From NCBI GenBank assembly GCA_963828495.1, contig CAWHFJ010000009.1, forward strand, positions 234,338-298,337: a DNA stretch of 64,000 bases, written 5' to 3'. A program made the position numbers and the translations under genes. The notes beneath the pieces are model-generated. The model saw only the letters and a list, made by a program, of their open reading frames with translations, was not told the DNA's origin and did no database searches. This stretch comes from Candidatus Omnitrophota bacterium (lineage in GTDB: Bacteria > Omnitrophota > Gorgyraeia > Zapsychrales > Fredricksoniimonadaceae). Each line of letters opens with the position of its first letter. The first letter of the stretch is position 1. This document shows positions 8,901 through 18,572 of the stretch, piece after piece.

Positions 8901-8935
8901 CCGCGGCAAGGCTTGTGGGAACAGGACATCTTCAT
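5930..8935 (-). CDS. giant cysteine-rich tandem-repeat protein with a Flp/class-III prepilin-like N-terminus
   Basis: The track ORF is 5930..8998. The preferred start is the ATG at 8935, which gives MKMSCSHKPCRG|QTSLEYLLLLAVVAVVVIA (G/XXXXEY and QXSXEXXXL motifs). The upstream extension would overlap rpe. Confidence 0.8.
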   Translation of the reverse strand: MKMSCSHKPCRGQTSLEYLLLLAVVAVVVIASFRQGALMSQVHNSAQGYYNSITRVILGENPQAINGGWCPVICPPPGSYGTPVMYETCACPEPTFGGSYCSGSGKVTCTGVTACSCPTGQICLPPDGHCGCSNTLTCPSAQGPCPSPGPPCGSIPSTDCTQCICPAGTTYDSLNNSCGQTCTQPCTTWSASSSSCVPVTCGANAWCNPACPTSVECQCDSYAIWSSQNNACEPCQAILNSDGSYTCTKPSSGTPCSTTGGPSSCVSYNCPTGMYCTGVPTSWGGAANSCQCIQGYEPNPSGPGCIQCPNSNCCTPKTTCGSGSPPYNCGTDSCTVKCGANNGGCPSGQQCGNYSNGVGVCQSICTAVGPSGSLCQIWNGNACVSITPCGNNNCGTDSCGNVCGSHQGGCPNGQVCSSSTAGTPGMCGCAGNETLCNGTCVNTTTDKNNCGSCGNVCSSGSCVAGACSANCAGTAASCGTAGNCTACSGSTPNCVGNVCVANCAGTAASCGVSGNCTACSGSTPDCVGNVCVAGCAGTAASCGIAGNCTACSGSTPNCVGNVCVANCAGTAASCGVSGNCTACSGSTPNCVGNVCVANCAGTSASCGVSGHCTTCSGSTPNCVGNVCVADCAGTSASCGTPGNCTSCSGSTPNCVGNVCVASCAGTSASCGTPGNCTSCSGSTPNCVGNVCVGSCAGTTASCGVSGHCTACTGTGACCSSSDTCSILDACGVCGGTAGSSCASGCGCTGDTCETKDVCGVCGGTAGSSCAGGCGCSGDTCKTRDVCGVCGGTAGSSCAGGCGCTGDTCETKDVCGVCGGTAGSSCAGGCGCTGDTCETKDVCGVCGGTAGSSCAGGCGCTGDTCQTKDVCGVCGGTAGSSCAGGCGCTGDTCETKDVCGVCGGTAGSSCASGCGCTGDTCQTRDVCGTCGGSVASKYTCTVTPCVPAFGCPACQCGWMTGGSFPSGTDQSQNVGRSCGGSIGSYSCPSGGFVEISCVNNCP
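6155..6750 (-). repeat. in-frame 84-bp (28-aa) tandem array, 7 full copies plus a partial copy
   Basis: The unit DVCGVCGGTAGSSCAGGCGCTGDTCETK has 6 Cys and the copies are nearly identical at the DNA level. Confidence 0.9.
6795..7550 (-). repeat. in-frame 96-bp (32-aa) tandem array, 7 full copies plus a partial copy
   Basis: The unit NCAGTAASCGVSGNCTACSGSTPNCVGNVCVA has 6 Cys and the copies are nearly identical. Confidence 0.9.
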
Positions 8936-8990
8936 AGATAATACAAATATACCATATAAATTAACACTTGGCAAAAGCAGGAAACATAAA

Positions 8991-9695
8991 TCAAGCAAGA
9001 CTTTTAAGACGCCTGACTACATCGCTGATATCGGCAGCGCCGAAAAGGAAGCTCGCGGTAATCAAGACATGCGCTCCGGCTTTCACGGCCAAAGGGGCAG
9101 TTTGAGCATTAATGCCTCCGTCTATCTCGATATCACCTTTAAAAATTTCCTTTAGACGCTGGAGCTTAGGCAAGACTGCCGGCATAAATTTTTGACCGGC
9201 AAAACCGGGATTGACCGACATGATTAAAACGCCATCGCAGTCATTTAAAACTTCTTCGCATAAGGGTGTGCCCGGATTGACGACGACAAAAGCTTTTTTA
9301 CCAAAGTTGCGGATCTTTTTTAAATCCGCCCGCAGATTATCAACATCCACCTTATCGATTTCTTTGGGCCATTGATTCCATTGCCGGCATGAAGCCCTGC
9401 GGGTCCCATAGCACTCCAGCTGAAGCTGAATAACATCCGCCCCGGCCTTGGCATAACTTTCGATATACTCTCCCGGATGCTCAACCATCAAATGGGCTTC
9501 AAGGCAAAGTCGGGTATGCTTGCGCATGGCCTCGACGACCACGGGACCTATAGTCAGGTTAGGGACAAAATGCCCATCCATGCAATCGATGTGAAAACGC
9601 GTCACCCCGGCGTCTTGACAACGCTTCATATCGCGCTCGAGTGCACCAAAATCCGCGGCTAAAATGCTGGCTGAAATTTCGATGGGTTTAGTCAT
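8991..9695 (-). CDS. rpe: ribulose-phosphate 3-epimerase
   Basis: SILAADF...HIDCMDGHFVPNLTIGP...HLMV...MSVNPGFAGQKF...IDGGI. It carries an insertion of about 20 aa relative to the E. coli Rpe as I recall it. Confidence 0.9.
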   Translation of the reverse strand: MTKPIEISASILAADFGALERDMKRCQDAGVTRFHIDCMDGHFVPNLTIGPVVVEAMRKHTRLCLEAHLMVEHPGEYIESYAKAGADVIQLQLECYGTRRASCRQWNQWPKEIDKVDVDNLRADLKKIRNFGKKAFVVVNPGTPLCEEVLNDCDGVLIMSVNPGFAGQKFMPAVLPKLQRLKEIFKGDIEIDGGINAQTAPLAVKAGAHVLITASFLFGAADISDVVRRLKSLA

Positions 9696-9700
9696 ATCAT

Positions 9701-9785
9701 TGGTGCGTGGGGAGGGGGTCGAACCCTCACGCCTTACGGCACACGCCCCTCAAACGTGCGCGTATACCAGTTCCGCCACCCACGC
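9701..9785 (-). tRNA. tRNA-Leu (anticodon GAG), type II with a long variable arm, CCA encoded
   Basis: The reverse complement GCGTGGGTGGCGGAACTGGTATACGCGCACGTTTGAGGGGCGTGTGCCGTAAGGCGTGAGGGTTCGACCCCCTCCCCACGCACCA aligns arm for arm with E. coli tRNA-Leu. The anticodon loop is TTGAGGG. Confidence 0.85.
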
Positions 9786-9791
9786 AAATAT

Positions 9792-11396
9792 TTATTTGCC
9801 GTGATTGAGGGCCGCCGCGATAAAGCCTCTGAACAACGGGTGGGCCACATCCGGCTTGGACTTGAATTCCGGATGAAATTGGCAGCCGACAAACCACGGA
9901 TGGTCTTTGATCTCGATGATTTCCACCAAATCCCGCTCGGGATTACGCCCCGCGATGACCAATCCCTTGTCCATAAACTGTTGGCGAAAAGTATTATTGA
10001 ATTCATACCGATGGCGGTGACGCTCGGAAATTTTCTCGGACTTATAGGCCTCAAAACTGCGGGTCATCTTTTCCAACAGACAAGCGTACGCCCCCAGACG
10101 CATGGAAGCCCCCATGTCCTTGACTTGCTTTTGCTCCTCGATCAAACTGATGACAGGATGTGCCGTTTCATTATCAAATTCCGTCGAGTTGGCCCCTTTA
10201 AGAAGGGCGACATTACGGGCGAATTCAATGGTGGCAATCTGCATGCCTAAACAAATGCCCAAATAAGGAAGATTGTTCTCGCGCGCATATTTGACCGCCG
10301 CAATTTTCCCTTCGATGCCGCGGGAGCCAAAACCGCCGGGAATTAAAATACCCTGCGCGTCTTTTAAATATTTCTTAAGGCCATGTTTTTCCACGTCTTC
10401 CGAATCGATCTTCACAATGTTGACCCGCGCATTATTGGCAATGCCTCCGTGCACCAAAGCTTCATAAATAGATTTATACGCATCCTGCAGCGTGATGTAT
10501 TTACCCACTACCGCAATGGTCACTTCCCTCGCCGGAGAACGCAGGCGCTTTAAAACCCCCTCTTCCCAATTTTTAATGCCCCGGTCCGGCAGCTTGATGT
10601 TGAGCTTTTTTAAAATCAATTCATCCAATCCTTCTTTTTTAAAAACCGCAGGGCATTCGTAGATGTGTTTAACATCCGGAGCTTCAATGACGGCTTCTAT
10701 GTCCACATTGCAAAACAAAGCGATTTTCTCGCGCTGTTCCTGAGACATGGGCCGCTCTGTGCGGCACATCAGGATCTGCGGAATGATCCCTATTTCCCGC
10801 AGGCGCCCCACACTATGCTGAGTGGGCTTGGTCTTCTGCTCACCGGCAGATTTGATATACGGCAGCAGGGTCACATGGATATTCAAGGCATAATGCTCCC
10901 CTAATTCCCAACGCAACTGGCGTATGGCCTCCAAAAACGGCAGGCTTTCGATGTCGCCTACCGTGCCGCCGATCTCCACGATCGTCACATCCACGTCATT
11001 GGATTTGGACACCTTCATGATGCGCTCTTTTATCTCGTCGGTAATATGCGGAATGATCTGCACGGTCTTGCCCAGATAATCCCCATGGCGCTCCTTGGTG
11101 ATCACGGAAAAATACACCTTGCCCGCGGTAATGCTGCTGTCTTGGGAGAGCTTAGCATTGGTGAAACGCTCATAATGCCCCAGATCCAGGTCCGTTTCCG
11201 CGCCGTCGTCGGTCACATACACCTCCCCATGCTGGTAGGGATTCATGGTGCCGGGATCAACATTTAAATACGGATCGCATTTGATGATGGCTGTTTTAAG
11301 CCCGCGGGCTTCCAGCAATTTACCTATAGAAGCAGCCGCGATGCCCTTACCTAAACTAGAAACTACTCCTCCTGTCACAAAAATGTATTTGCTCAT
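9792..11396 (-). CDS. pyrG: CTP synthase
   Basis: The N-terminus is [19 protein letters not shown] and the C-terminal GATase carries GICLGMQ. The length is full at 534 aa. Confidence 0.95.
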   Translation of the reverse strand: MSKYIFVTGGVVSSLGKGIAAASIGKLLEARGLKTAIIKCDPYLNVDPGTMNPYQHGEVYVTDDGAETDLDLGHYERFTNAKLSQDSSITAGKVYFSVITKERHGDYLGKTVQIIPHITDEIKERIMKVSKSNDVDVTIVEIGGTVGDIESLPFLEAIRQLRWELGEHYALNIHVTLLPYIKSAGEQKTKPTQHSVGRLREIGIIPQILMCRTERPMSQEQREKIALFCNVDIEAVIEAPDVKHIYECPAVFKKEGLDELILKKLNIKLPDRGIKNWEEGVLKRLRSPAREVTIAVVGKYITLQDAYKSIYEALVHGGIANNARVNIVKIDSEDVEKHGLKKYLKDAQGILIPGGFGSRGIEGKIAAVKYARENNLPYLGICLGMQIATIEFARNVALLKGANSTEFDNETAHPVISLIEEQKQVKDMGASMRLGAYACLLEKMTRSFEAYKSEKISERHRHRYEFNNTFRQQFMDKGLVIAGRNPERDLVEIIEIKDHPWFVGCQFHPEFKSKPDVAHPLFRGFIAAALNHGK

Positions 11397-12445
11397 ATTT
11401 CCAACTTTAGTTTATCCGTATTTTTAGGGATCTGTGTCGGGTATTTGCCGGTAAAACAGGCTGAACAAAAACTGCCCTTATTTTTCATCACCGATAACAT
11501 ACCCTCCAGGCTCAAGAACCCTAAGGAGTCGACTTTAATAAAATCTGCGATCTCCTTGACCGTTTTGTTATGCGCAATCAACTCGCCCGTCGATGGAAAA
11601 TCGATCCCGTAAAAACAAGGGGAAACGATCGGCGGACAAGAAATGCGCATATGTATTTCTTTGGCGCCTGCCTCGCGGATCTCATCAATACGGCTGCGGG
11701 AAGTGGTCCCCCGCACAATGGAATCCTCGATGACCACAACCGACTTGCCGCGAATCACGTCCCGGATGGGATTAAGTTTAACACGCACACGGAACTCCCG
11801 CAAAAATTGGGTAGGCTGAATAAAGGTGCGGCCGATATAATGGTTGCGGACAATCCCCATTTCACAAGGTAACCCCAACTGTTCAGAATACCCTAAGGCC
11901 GCATAAAGGCCGGAGTCAGGTATCCCCATTACAAAATCGGCTTTCGCCGGATGCTCAATGGCCAACTGTGCCCCCAGCCGTTTTCTAACCTGATAAATAT
12001 TATCACCAAAAATACGGCTGTCAGGTCTGGCAAAATAAATATTTTCAAAAATACAAAAAGCGTGGGATGCGGCGGGCTGGGTTTCGGGTAAATACACAGA
12101 CTCCAGCTGATTGCCTTTGATGATCACAATCTCACCCGGGTTTATTTCGCGCACAAACTCTGCTTTCATCAAATCAAAGGCACAGCTCTCGGATGCCAAA
12201 ATATACCCATCCCCTAATTTGCCCAAACACAAAGGCCTAAACCCATGCGGATCACGGGCCCCGATGAGATAATCTTTGAGCAAAAGCACCACGTGAATAA
12301 GCGCCTTTGACCTGGGAAAAAACTTTAAGCAACCATTCGGCCATGTCCCCATTGGGGGTCTTGGCCAACAGATGCACAAAAATCTCGGAGTCCATCGACG
12401 TCTGAAAAATAGACCCCTCATTTTCCAGTTTAGCGTAAAGCTCAT
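11393..12445 (-). CDS. purF: amidophosphoribosyltransferase, C-terminal fragment (frame-interrupted)
   Basis: [16 protein letters not shown]...SESCAF...DSIVRGTT are PurF motifs. It continues 12252..12770 after a 1-nt shift near 12290. Confidence 0.85.
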   Translation of the reverse strand: MSFTLNWKMRGLFFRRRWTPRFLCICWPRPPMGTWPNGCLKFFPRSKALIHVVLLLKDYLIGARDPHGFRPLCLGKLGDGYILASESCAFDLMKAEFVREINPGEIVIIKGNQLESVYLPETQPAASHAFCIFENIYFARPDSRIFGDNIYQVRKRLGAQLAIEHPAKADFVMGIPDSGLYAALGYSEQLGLPCEMGIVRNHYIGRTFIQPTQFLREFRVRVKLNPIRDVIRGKSVVVIEDSIVRGTTSRSRIDEIREAGAKEIHMRISCPPIVSPCFYGIDFPSTGELIAHNKTVKEIADFIKVDSLGFLSLEGMLSVMKNKGSFCSACFTGKYPTQIPKNTDKLKLEI

Positions 12446-12770
12446 CGGTGTTGGTCAGATTGCCATTGTGGGCAACGGCGATATGTTTTTTGCGATGGGT
12501 CACTAAAATGGGCTGGATGTTTTTGATATTGGGGCTGCCGGTGGTTGAATACCGCGTATGGGCAATGGCCATATGGCCGGTGAGTCTGCGGATATTCTCC
12601 TCATCGAAATTATCGACCGCGAGACCTATCTTTTTAAGGACATGGGTGTCAGTCCCGTCGTAAGAAACGATGCCCGCGGCCTCTTCCCCCCGGTGCTGCA
12701 GGGCATAAAGGCCTAAGAAGGCCATTTTACTTGCTTCCTTATGATGGCTGACACCGACGATCCCGCACAT
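12252..12770 (-). CDS. purF: amidophosphoribosyltransferase, N-terminal fragment
   Basis: MCGIVG...LQHRGEEAAGI...HTRYSTTG is the Ntn-GATase N-terminus. Confidence 0.85.
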   Translation of the reverse strand: MCGIVGVSHHKEASKMAFLGLYALQHRGEEAAGIVSYDGTDTHVLKKIGLAVDNFDEENIRRLTGHMAIAHTRYSTTGSPNIKNIQPILVTHRKKHIAVAHNGNLTNTDELYAKLENEGSIFQTSMDSEIFVHLLAKTPNGDMAEWLLKVFSQVKGAYSRGAFAQRLSHRGP

Positions 12771-13006
12771 CTATTGGAGCCTCTCCTATTCATCTTGTAC
12801 AACACCTGCAAAGATTCCACGGTAAATGCTTCCTTCAGGCTGGCCTCTATCCCGTTGACCGCGGCCCATGCCCCCTGCAAAGTGGTAATACAAGGAATAT
12901 TGTGTAAAATAGCCGCCGCCCGGATGACCCTCATATCGGACTGGCTTTTTTTGCCTGACGGCGTATTGATAATTAGATTTATCTCACCTTTTTTGACTAA
13001 TGTCAA
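12713..13006 (-). CDS. carB: carbamoyl-phosphate synthase large subunit, fragment 4 of 4 (MGS-like C-terminus)
   Basis: GEINLIINTPSGKKSQSDMRVIRAAAILHNIPCITT. The frame is restored by adding one A to the A4 run (plus-strand T-run 13011-13014). Confidence 0.8.
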   Translation of the reverse strand: MTLVKKGEINLIINTPSGKKSQSDMRVIRAAAILHNIPCITTLQGAWAAVNGIEASLKEAFTVESLQVLYKMNRRGSNRCAGSSVSAIIRKQVKWPS

Positions 13007-13872
13007 CGCGTTTTCTTCCCTTCATGATGTTTATCCACGATGGCCACATTAATGCCCGCCAAACGCATGGCCTGGGCCGTGCCTTTAGTCGCTATCAGCT
13101 TGAATTTTAAATCCGCCAGCTTCTTGGCAATAGCCGCCACATCACGCTTGTCGTGGTCATTGACAGAAATAAAAACCGTTCCCGTTTGGGGCAAGGCTTG
13201 GTTGGCCGCCATTTGTGATTTGGCAAAAGCCGCGCCAAAGTTCGAAGCGATCCCCATGACCTCGCCGGTTGATTTCATTTCCGGACTTAAAATAATGTCT
13301 ACTCCCGAAAAACGGCTGAAAGGCAAGACCGCTTCTTTGACACAAATATATTTTAATTCCTCGTGATCGACTAATTGGAAATCCGTTAATTTGCGGCCCG
13401 CCATGATCTGGGCCGCGATTTTAGCCAGCGGCATGCCGGTGGCTTTGCTGACAAAAGGCACTGTCCTGGAGGCCCGCGGATTGACTTCCAACACATACAC
13501 CTGGCGGCCTTTAACGGCGAATTGAATGTTCAAAAGCCCCACGACTCTCAACGCATGGGCCAAACGCGTCGTATGGCTTTTAATCTCTTTGATGACCGCT
13601 TGGCTTAAGGTATGCGGCGGTAAAACGCAGGCCGAGTCGCCCGAATGGATCCCGGCATTTTCAATATGCTCCATGACTCCGGCGATAAACACCTGGGTGC
13701 CGTCACAAATAGCATCCACATCAACCTCCTGGGCATCTTCCAGGAACTTGTCGATCAAGACCGGATGCCCGCGCGAGACGCTATGCACCTCATCCATAAA
13801 AGATTTTAAAGATTCCTCGTCATACACAATGCGCATGGCCCGTCCGCCCAGCACGAACGAGGGCCTCACCAA
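13003..13872 (-). CDS. carB: carbamoyl-phosphate synthase large subunit, fragment 3 of 4
   Basis: [18 protein letters not shown]...NIQFAVK...[19 protein letters not shown]. The frame is restored by adding one A to the A4 run (plus-strand T-run 13888-13891). Confidence 0.85.
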   Translation of the reverse strand: MVRPSFVLGGRAMRIVYDEESLKSFMDEVHSVSRGHPVLIDKFLEDAQEVDVDAICDGTQVFIAGVMEHIENAGIHSGDSACVLPPHTLSQAVIKEIKSHTTRLAHALRVVGLLNIQFAVKGRQVYVLEVNPRASRTVPFVSKATGMPLAKIAAQIMAGRKLTDFQLVDHEELKYICVKEAVLPFSRFSGVDIILSPEMKSTGEVMGIASNFGAAFAKSQMAANQALPQTGTVFISVNDHDKRDVAAIAKKLADLKFKLIATKGTAQAMRLAGINVAIVDKHHEGKKTR

Positions 13873-14321
13873 AACCGGATAACCATCTTTTGCGCCGCGG
13901 CCAGGGTTTCTTCTTTGGTGATCGCGGAGGCATTGGCCGGCTGCTTGATGCCCATTTGATCGATCAACTTGGAAAAATGTTCGCGGTTTTCCGCCAAATC
14001 GATAGAGTCCACCGACGTGCCGATGATCGGGACGCCGGCCTGCGAAAGCCTGCGGGCCAAATTAAGCGGCGTCTGCCCGCCGAATTGCACGATCACGCCA
14101 TCAGGCTTCTCCACTTCAAAAATATTCATCACGTCTTCAAAGGTCAAAGGCTCGAAATACAGCCGGTCCGATGTGTCATAGTCGGTGGAAACCGTTTCGG
14201 GGTTGGAGTTGACCATGATGGTTTCAAAACCCATTTCATGAAGAGCAAACGCCGCATGGCAGCAGCAATAATCAAATTCAATCCCCTGGCCGATGCGGTT
14301 GGGGCCTCCCCCTAAAATCAT
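13866..14321 (-). CDS. carB: carbamoyl-phosphate synthase large subunit, fragment 2 of 4
   Basis: [23 protein letters not shown] is the start of the second ATP-grasp half. The junction with fragment 1 lies at an A7 run (plus-strand T-run 14326-14332). Confidence 0.85.
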   Translation of the reverse strand: MILGGGPNRIGQGIEFDYCCCHAAFALHEMGFETIMVNSNPETVSTDYDTSDRLYFEPLTFEDVMNIFEVEKPDGVIVQFGGQTPLNLARRLSQAGVPIIGTSVDSIDLAENREHFSKLIDQMGIKQPANASAITKEETLAAAQKMVIRFW

Positions 14322-16021
14322 GATCTTTTTTTCTTGGATTTACGCTTTTGGTTATTGATCAAGGCTTCGTCTTGGGTTTCATAGGTTGAATAATAATACG
14401 GGGTATAGGCTTCAAATTCCGCGGCACAAGTATCCACCAATTTAAATGTCGCCACAATGCCCAAATCACGGCGCCATGCCCGTACGTCTTTTTCGCTTTT
14501 ATCGAGGATTTCTGCTAACTGCCCGTCAGAAAAACCATATTCTTTGGCCTGGCGCAAAAGTTGAGGGCCCAACGTTTTAGTGGCAAGCACCGTGGATTTC
14601 AAATGATTCTCCAACTCTAAAATTTGGGCGATCTGGTCAATGAACCAAACGTCGATCTTAGAAATTTTGCTAACTTCCTCGATCGTCATCCCTTTTTGTA
14701 AAGCATATTTCAGATAGAAAATACGCGAAGCATTCGGCTCAATCAGGCGCAGGCGGATTTTTTCATCCTCGATATAACGGTAATCCTGCTTATTATCCAG
14801 CCCTGCATGGTCGATTTCCAAACCCCGCAGCCCCTTTTGCAAAGCCTCCTTAAAATTGCGGCCGATCGCCATGGTTTCGCCTACACTTTTCATCTGTACC
14901 CCTAAAATATCTTTAGCTTCGGGGAACTTCTCAAAAGTAAACCGCGGGATTTTGACCACCACATAATCGATCGTGGGTTCAAAGCACGCGGGTGTTTCTT
15001 GGGTAATATCATTTTGAATTTCATCCAACGCATAGCCTACCGCTAATTTGGCCGCAAATTTAGCAATAGGAAATCCCGTGGCCTTGGAAGCCAGCGCCGA
15101 GGAACGTGAAACACGGGGATTCATTTCAATGACCACCATGCGCCCGTTTTGGGGATTAAGCGCAAACTGTATGTTCGACCCCCCGGTTTCAACCCCGATT
15201 TCCCGGATCAAACGTATGGCGCAGTCACGCATATGCTGATATTCCACATCACTCAATGTTTGCGCCGGTGCGACCGTAATGCTATCCCCCGTATGCACTC
15301 CCATGGCGTCAAAATTTTCAATCGAACAGACAATGACCACATTATCGCGATTGTCCCGCATGACCTCCAGCTCATATTCCTTCCAGCCTTCAATCGATTC
15401 TTCGATCAGAATTTCATGGATCATGGAGCTTTCAATCCCCAGCGCCGCGGCGCGTTCGAATTCTTCCGCGTTGCGTGCGATCCCGCCGCCGGTACCGCCT
15501 AATGTAAAGGACGCACGGATAATGCAGGGAAATCCGATGTCTGTCACACACCGCTTGGCTTCTTCTAAACTATAAGCAAATACGCTTTTAGGTACATCCA
15601 ATCCGATTTTGATGGCCGCGGCTTTAAATTCGCTGCGGTCTTCGGCTTTTTTGATGACCTCATATTTGGCGCCCAGCATCTCGACGCCGTATTTGGCTAA
15701 AATACCCCGCTCGTGCAATTGCATGGCCAAATTAAGGCCGGTTTGGCCCCCTAAGGTCGGCAAAATAGCGTCGGGTTTTTCTTTTTTAATAATGTATTCC
15801 AGGAATTCAACACTCAAAGGCTCAATATAGGTAGCATCAGCGATGCCCGGATCGGTCATGATGGTTGCCGGATTGGAGTTGACCAACACCACCTTGAAGC
15901 CCTCTTCCTTCAGGGCCTTGCAGGCTTGAGAACCGGAATAATCAAATTCGCAGGCCTGGCCTATAACAATGGGCCCGGCGCCTATAATCAGAATTCTCTT
16001 AATGTCCGTGCGTTTAGGCAT
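14318..16021 (-). CDS. carB: carbamoyl-phosphate synthase large subunit, fragment 1 of 4 (N-terminal half)
   Basis: [24 protein letters not shown]...[23 protein letters not shown]. Confidence 0.9.
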   Translation of the reverse strand: MPKRTDIKRILIIGAGPIVIGQACEFDYSGSQACKALKEEGFKVVLVNSNPATIMTDPGIADATYIEPLSVEFLEYIIKKEKPDAILPTLGGQTGLNLAMQLHERGILAKYGVEMLGAKYEVIKKAEDRSEFKAAAIKIGLDVPKSVFAYSLEEAKRCVTDIGFPCIIRASFTLGGTGGGIARNAEEFERAAALGIESSMIHEILIEESIEGWKEYELEVMRDNRDNVVIVCSIENFDAMGVHTGDSITVAPAQTLSDVEYQHMRDCAIRLIREIGVETGGSNIQFALNPQNGRMVVIEMNPRVSRSSALASKATGFPIAKFAAKLAVGYALDEIQNDITQETPACFEPTIDYVVVKIPRFTFEKFPEAKDILGVQMKSVGETMAIGRNFKEALQKGLRGLEIDHAGLDNKQDYRYIEDEKIRLRLIEPNASRIFYLKYALQKGMTIEEVSKISKIDVWFIDQIAQILELENHLKSTVLATKTLGPQLLRQAKEYGFSDGQLAEILDKSEKDVRAWRRDLGIVATFKLVDTCAAEFEAYTPYYYSTYETQDEALINNQKRKSKKKRS

Positions 16022-17108
16022 TTTTATAAGTATCGATCATTTCAAGAAACTGGTTGAATAAATATTTTGCGTCATGCGGGCCGGGAGAGGCTTCCGGATG
16101 GTACTGTATAGAAAAAGCGGGAAACACTTTGTGCCGTATGCCTTCCACACTCCGGTCATTTAAGTTCAGATGAATGACCTCGACCTCATTTGGATTGAGA
16201 CTTTTCATATCCACACAGAACCCATGGTTCTGGCTGGTGACAGAGATCCGGTTGCCTTGAAAATCCTTGACCGGATGATTGGCCCCGTGATGGCCGAATT
16301 TCAACTTATACGTCACCCCCCCCAAAGCCAATCCCAAAATCTGATTGCCTAAGCAAATGCCGAAGATCGGAAGCTTGCCCAAAAGCTCTTTGACGGTGGC
16401 AATCACATAGGTGACCACGGCAGGGTCTCCCGGCCCGTTGGAAAGAAAAAGCCCGTCAGGTTTAATGCTCATAATGTCCTTGACCGTCGCACGGGCGGGA
16501 TAGACGTGCACCTCGCAGCCAAGCCCTGCTAAAATGCGCAAAATATTAAATTTAATCCCGCAATCAATGGCCGCAATCTTATAGCGCCTCGGGCCTTTGG
16601 ATTTCCACACATATTTTTTAAGAGTGCTGACATCCTTGACAAAATCCATGCCTTCCATGGAAGGCATCTGGTCTATTTTTTTTTGCAGGCTTTGGGGGTC
16701 AAAATCTTCGGTGGAGATCAGCGCTTTCATGGCCCCTGACAGGCGCAAATGGCGGGTCAAAGCCCTGGTATCGACCCCTTCCACAGCGATGATTTTATGC
16801 TCATTTAAATAATCGATCAGGCTTTGTTGGGCGCGCCAATTAGAATGCCGGCGACAAAATTCTTTGACGACAAAACCTTTCACATGGATACGATCGGATT
16901 CAACATCACTATCATTGACGCCGTAATTGCCGATCAAAGGATACGTCATGACTACGATTTGGCCGGTATAGGAGGGGTCGGTGAGAATTTCTTGATAACC
17001 GGTCATGGCGGTATTAAAGACAGCTTCGCCTGAGGTTTCCCCTGACTCTTTTAAAGTACGGCCGCGGAAGCTCGTACCGTCTTGAAGATATAGTATTGCC
17101 TCTTTCAT
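16014..17108 (-). CDS. carA: carbamoyl-phosphate synthase small (glutaminase) subunit
   Basis: [21 protein letters not shown]...GICLGNQ...HGANHPV. It overlaps the carB start by 8 nt. Confidence 0.95.
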   Translation of the reverse strand: MKEAILYLQDGTSFRGRTLKESGETSGEAVFNTAMTGYQEILTDPSYTGQIVVMTYPLIGNYGVNDSDVESDRIHVKGFVVKEFCRRHSNWRAQQSLIDYLNEHKIIAVEGVDTRALTRHLRLSGAMKALISTEDFDPQSLQKKIDQMPSMEGMDFVKDVSTLKKYVWKSKGPRRYKIAAIDCGIKFNILRILAGLGCEVHVYPARATVKDIMSIKPDGLFLSNGPGDPAVVTYVIATVKELLGKLPIFGICLGNQILGLALGGVTYKLKFGHHGANHPVKDFQGNRISVTSQNHGFCVDMKSLNPNEVEVIHLNLNDRSVEGIRHKVFPAFSIQYHPEASPGPHDAKYLFNQFLEMIDTYKNA

Positions 17109-17139
17109 GTACTGCTTTTTTTGCTAAAAATATCGCGAA

Positions 17140-17168
17140 ATTATAATGGAATTCCCTCAGTCCTTCAA
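17140..17168 (-). promoter_or_regulatory. sigma70-type promoter candidate for carAB
   Basis: On the minus strand, TTGAAG (17168-17163), a 17-nt spacer, then TATAAT (17145-17140). Confidence 0.45.
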
Positions 17169-17169
17169 C

Positions 17170-17544
17170 CTAAATCTTCAGAATAGATCTAACCGAAGTA
17201 AGGAGTTCTTCCGAAGGCATTGTTTTTTGAATATAATCCTGAGCTCCGTAAGAAGTATAATCAATCAAGTGTTTGGGTGTATCAATGGACGTATAAAAAA
17301 TAATGGGTGTCTGCTGGGTGGCTTCATTTTTCTTAAAGTATTTACACAGCTCGATCCCTGAAATACCCGGCAGCAGAATGTCTAAAATGATCAAATCCGG
17401 CTCTTTTTCCTTGGCCAGGCGCTGGCCTACCTTGCCGTCCTCAGCTACAAAAACATCAAAACCGGATTTTTTCAAAAGCCGGCTGATTAATGTCCTGTCC
17501 ACCGGATTATCGTCAATAAACAGGATTATTTTTTTCTTCGCCAT
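17170..17544 (-). CDS. single-domain response regulator (CheY-like receiver)
   Basis: ILFIDDNPVD...DLIILDILLPGISG...DYIQK. Confidence 0.85.
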   Translation of the reverse strand: MAKKKIILFIDDNPVDRTLISRLLKKSGFDVFVAEDGKVGQRLAKEKEPDLIILDILLPGISGIELCKYFKKNEATQQTPIIFYTSIDTPKHLIDYTSYGAQDYIQKTMPSEELLTSVRSILKI

Positions 17545-17553
17545 GATTTTTTA

Positions 17554-18129
17554 TTATACTACAAAATCAACCTTTTCCAAAGCTAAACTAATAGCTTTGT
17601 TAATAGGCAAAAGTTTCCCCCCTGTGACAGGGTCAATATCCGCTACGCGCAAAGCATGGAGACTTAATAAAGGCGCTGAAAGCCCTTGATGCAATTGTTC
17701 TTGGACCCGGCTGCAGACTTCCTCTTGAGCTGCTTTAATAATTTTACAGGTGATTAACGCCGCTCGTCCGTATTTGTCCCGGCGTGCGGAAAATCCGAAC
17801 AAACGGCACAGCCCTGGGCGATAGGCATACATACGACAACCCCCTGGGGCTCCTGCCGCACGATGGGGCTGATAAAAAACACAAACCCCTCTATAGTCTT
17901 TCGATTGAATAGTCTCCAGATAACTTTGAGCTTGCCCCTCTGACCACAGCCGTACCGCCGCAGGTAAAACCTCGGCAACCGTCGTTTCAATATCGGGATT
18001 TTCACAACACTGGGAGCATTGGGCTTGACAACGTAGTCCGGTTTGAAGGGCAAAGCTTGATGTTTGACGGTCAATGTCTTCATATAAAAGCATAATGTCC
18101 GCGACGATCTTTTTGTCTTCAGGTGTCAT
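17554..18129 (-). CDS. YkgJ-family cysteine-cluster protein (CxxCxxCC, putative Zn/Fe-chelating domain)
   Basis: The CQAQCSQCCENPD motif plus downstream conserved Cys residues. Confidence 0.6.
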   Translation of the reverse strand: MTPEDKKIVADIMLLYEDIDRQTSSFALQTGLRCQAQCSQCCENPDIETTVAEVLPAAVRLWSEGQAQSYLETIQSKDYRGVCVFYQPHRAAGAPGGCRMYAYRPGLCRLFGFSARRDKYGRAALITCKIIKAAQEEVCSRVQEQLHQGLSAPLLSLHALRVADIDPVTGGKLLPINKAISLALEKVDFVV

Positions 18130-18141
18130 ACGCCCGCTCTC

Positions 18142-18522
18142 CTAAATATACGCCACCACTTCAATTTCTACCAAGGAGTCCTTGGGGATGCGGGCGACTT
18201 GGATGGTGGTGCGTGCCGGAGCGGTTTCGTTCTTGAAATATTTACCGTAGACCTCATTCATCCCTGCAAAATCATTCAGGTCTTTGAGAAAAACCGTGGC
18301 TTTGACCACACGCTCTAAAGATGATCCGCCGTCACTTAAAACCGCCATAAGATTTTGGATGACCTGCTCGGTCTGTTCTTTAATGCCGCCGGACACCATG
18401 TGACCTTGCCTGTCCAATGGGATTTGGCCTGCCGTGAAAATTAAATTGCCTATGGATACGGCTTGATTATAGGGCCCCACCGGTCGTGAAGCTTTGTCGG
18501 TTTTAATGATTGTCTTGTTCAT
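18142..18522 (-). CDS. ridA: RidA/YjgF-family reactive-intermediate (enamine/imine) deaminase
   Basis: PVGPYNQAVSIGNLIFTAGQIPLD...ARTTIQVARIPKDSLVEIEVVA. Confidence 0.9.
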   Translation of the reverse strand: MNKTIIKTDKASRPVGPYNQAVSIGNLIFTAGQIPLDRQGHMVSGGIKEQTEQVIQNLMAVLSDGGSSLERVVKATVFLKDLNDFAGMNEVYGKYFKNETAPARTTIQVARIPKDSLVEIEVVAYI

Positions 18523-18540
18523 GCGAGGTCTCCTTCTGGA

Positions 18541-18572
18541 CCCCGCCGCTTGTCGCTAACGACAGGCGGGGC
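18541..18572. repeat. conserved bulged GC-rich hairpin, copy 1 (partner at 49054-49088)
   Basis: CCCCGCC-GCT-TGTCG-CTAA-CGACA-GGCGGGG. It has the same outer stem, bulge and loop as copy 2, and the inner stem covaries. Confidence 0.6.

Noticed and set aside
8936-8998. The upstream start (8998) of the Cys-rich ORF given in the track.
   Set aside because: It would overlap the 3' end of rpe and add 21 hydrophobic residues ahead of an otherwise canonical short prepilin leader. The ATG at 8935 gives a typical leader length.
8805-9155. ORF 8805..9155 (+), which spans the junction of the pilin-like gene and rpe.
   Set aside because: It is antisense to two well-supported minus-strand genes.
9734-10250. 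ORFs 9734..10054 (-) and 9756..10250 (+).
   Set aside because: They overlap tRNA-Leu and the antisense or alternative frames of the well-supported pyrG. They have no recognisable motifs.
14318-14337. A natural split of carB into two subunits, as in Aquifex or Methanocaldococcus. The stop and start form an ATGA overlap at the classical midpoint.
   Set aside because: The junction is an A7 run, and reading it as A8 gives the conserved ..[15 protein letters not shown].. The second half carries two more breaks at A4 runs, so an indel error is more parsimonious. This is not fully excluded without reads.
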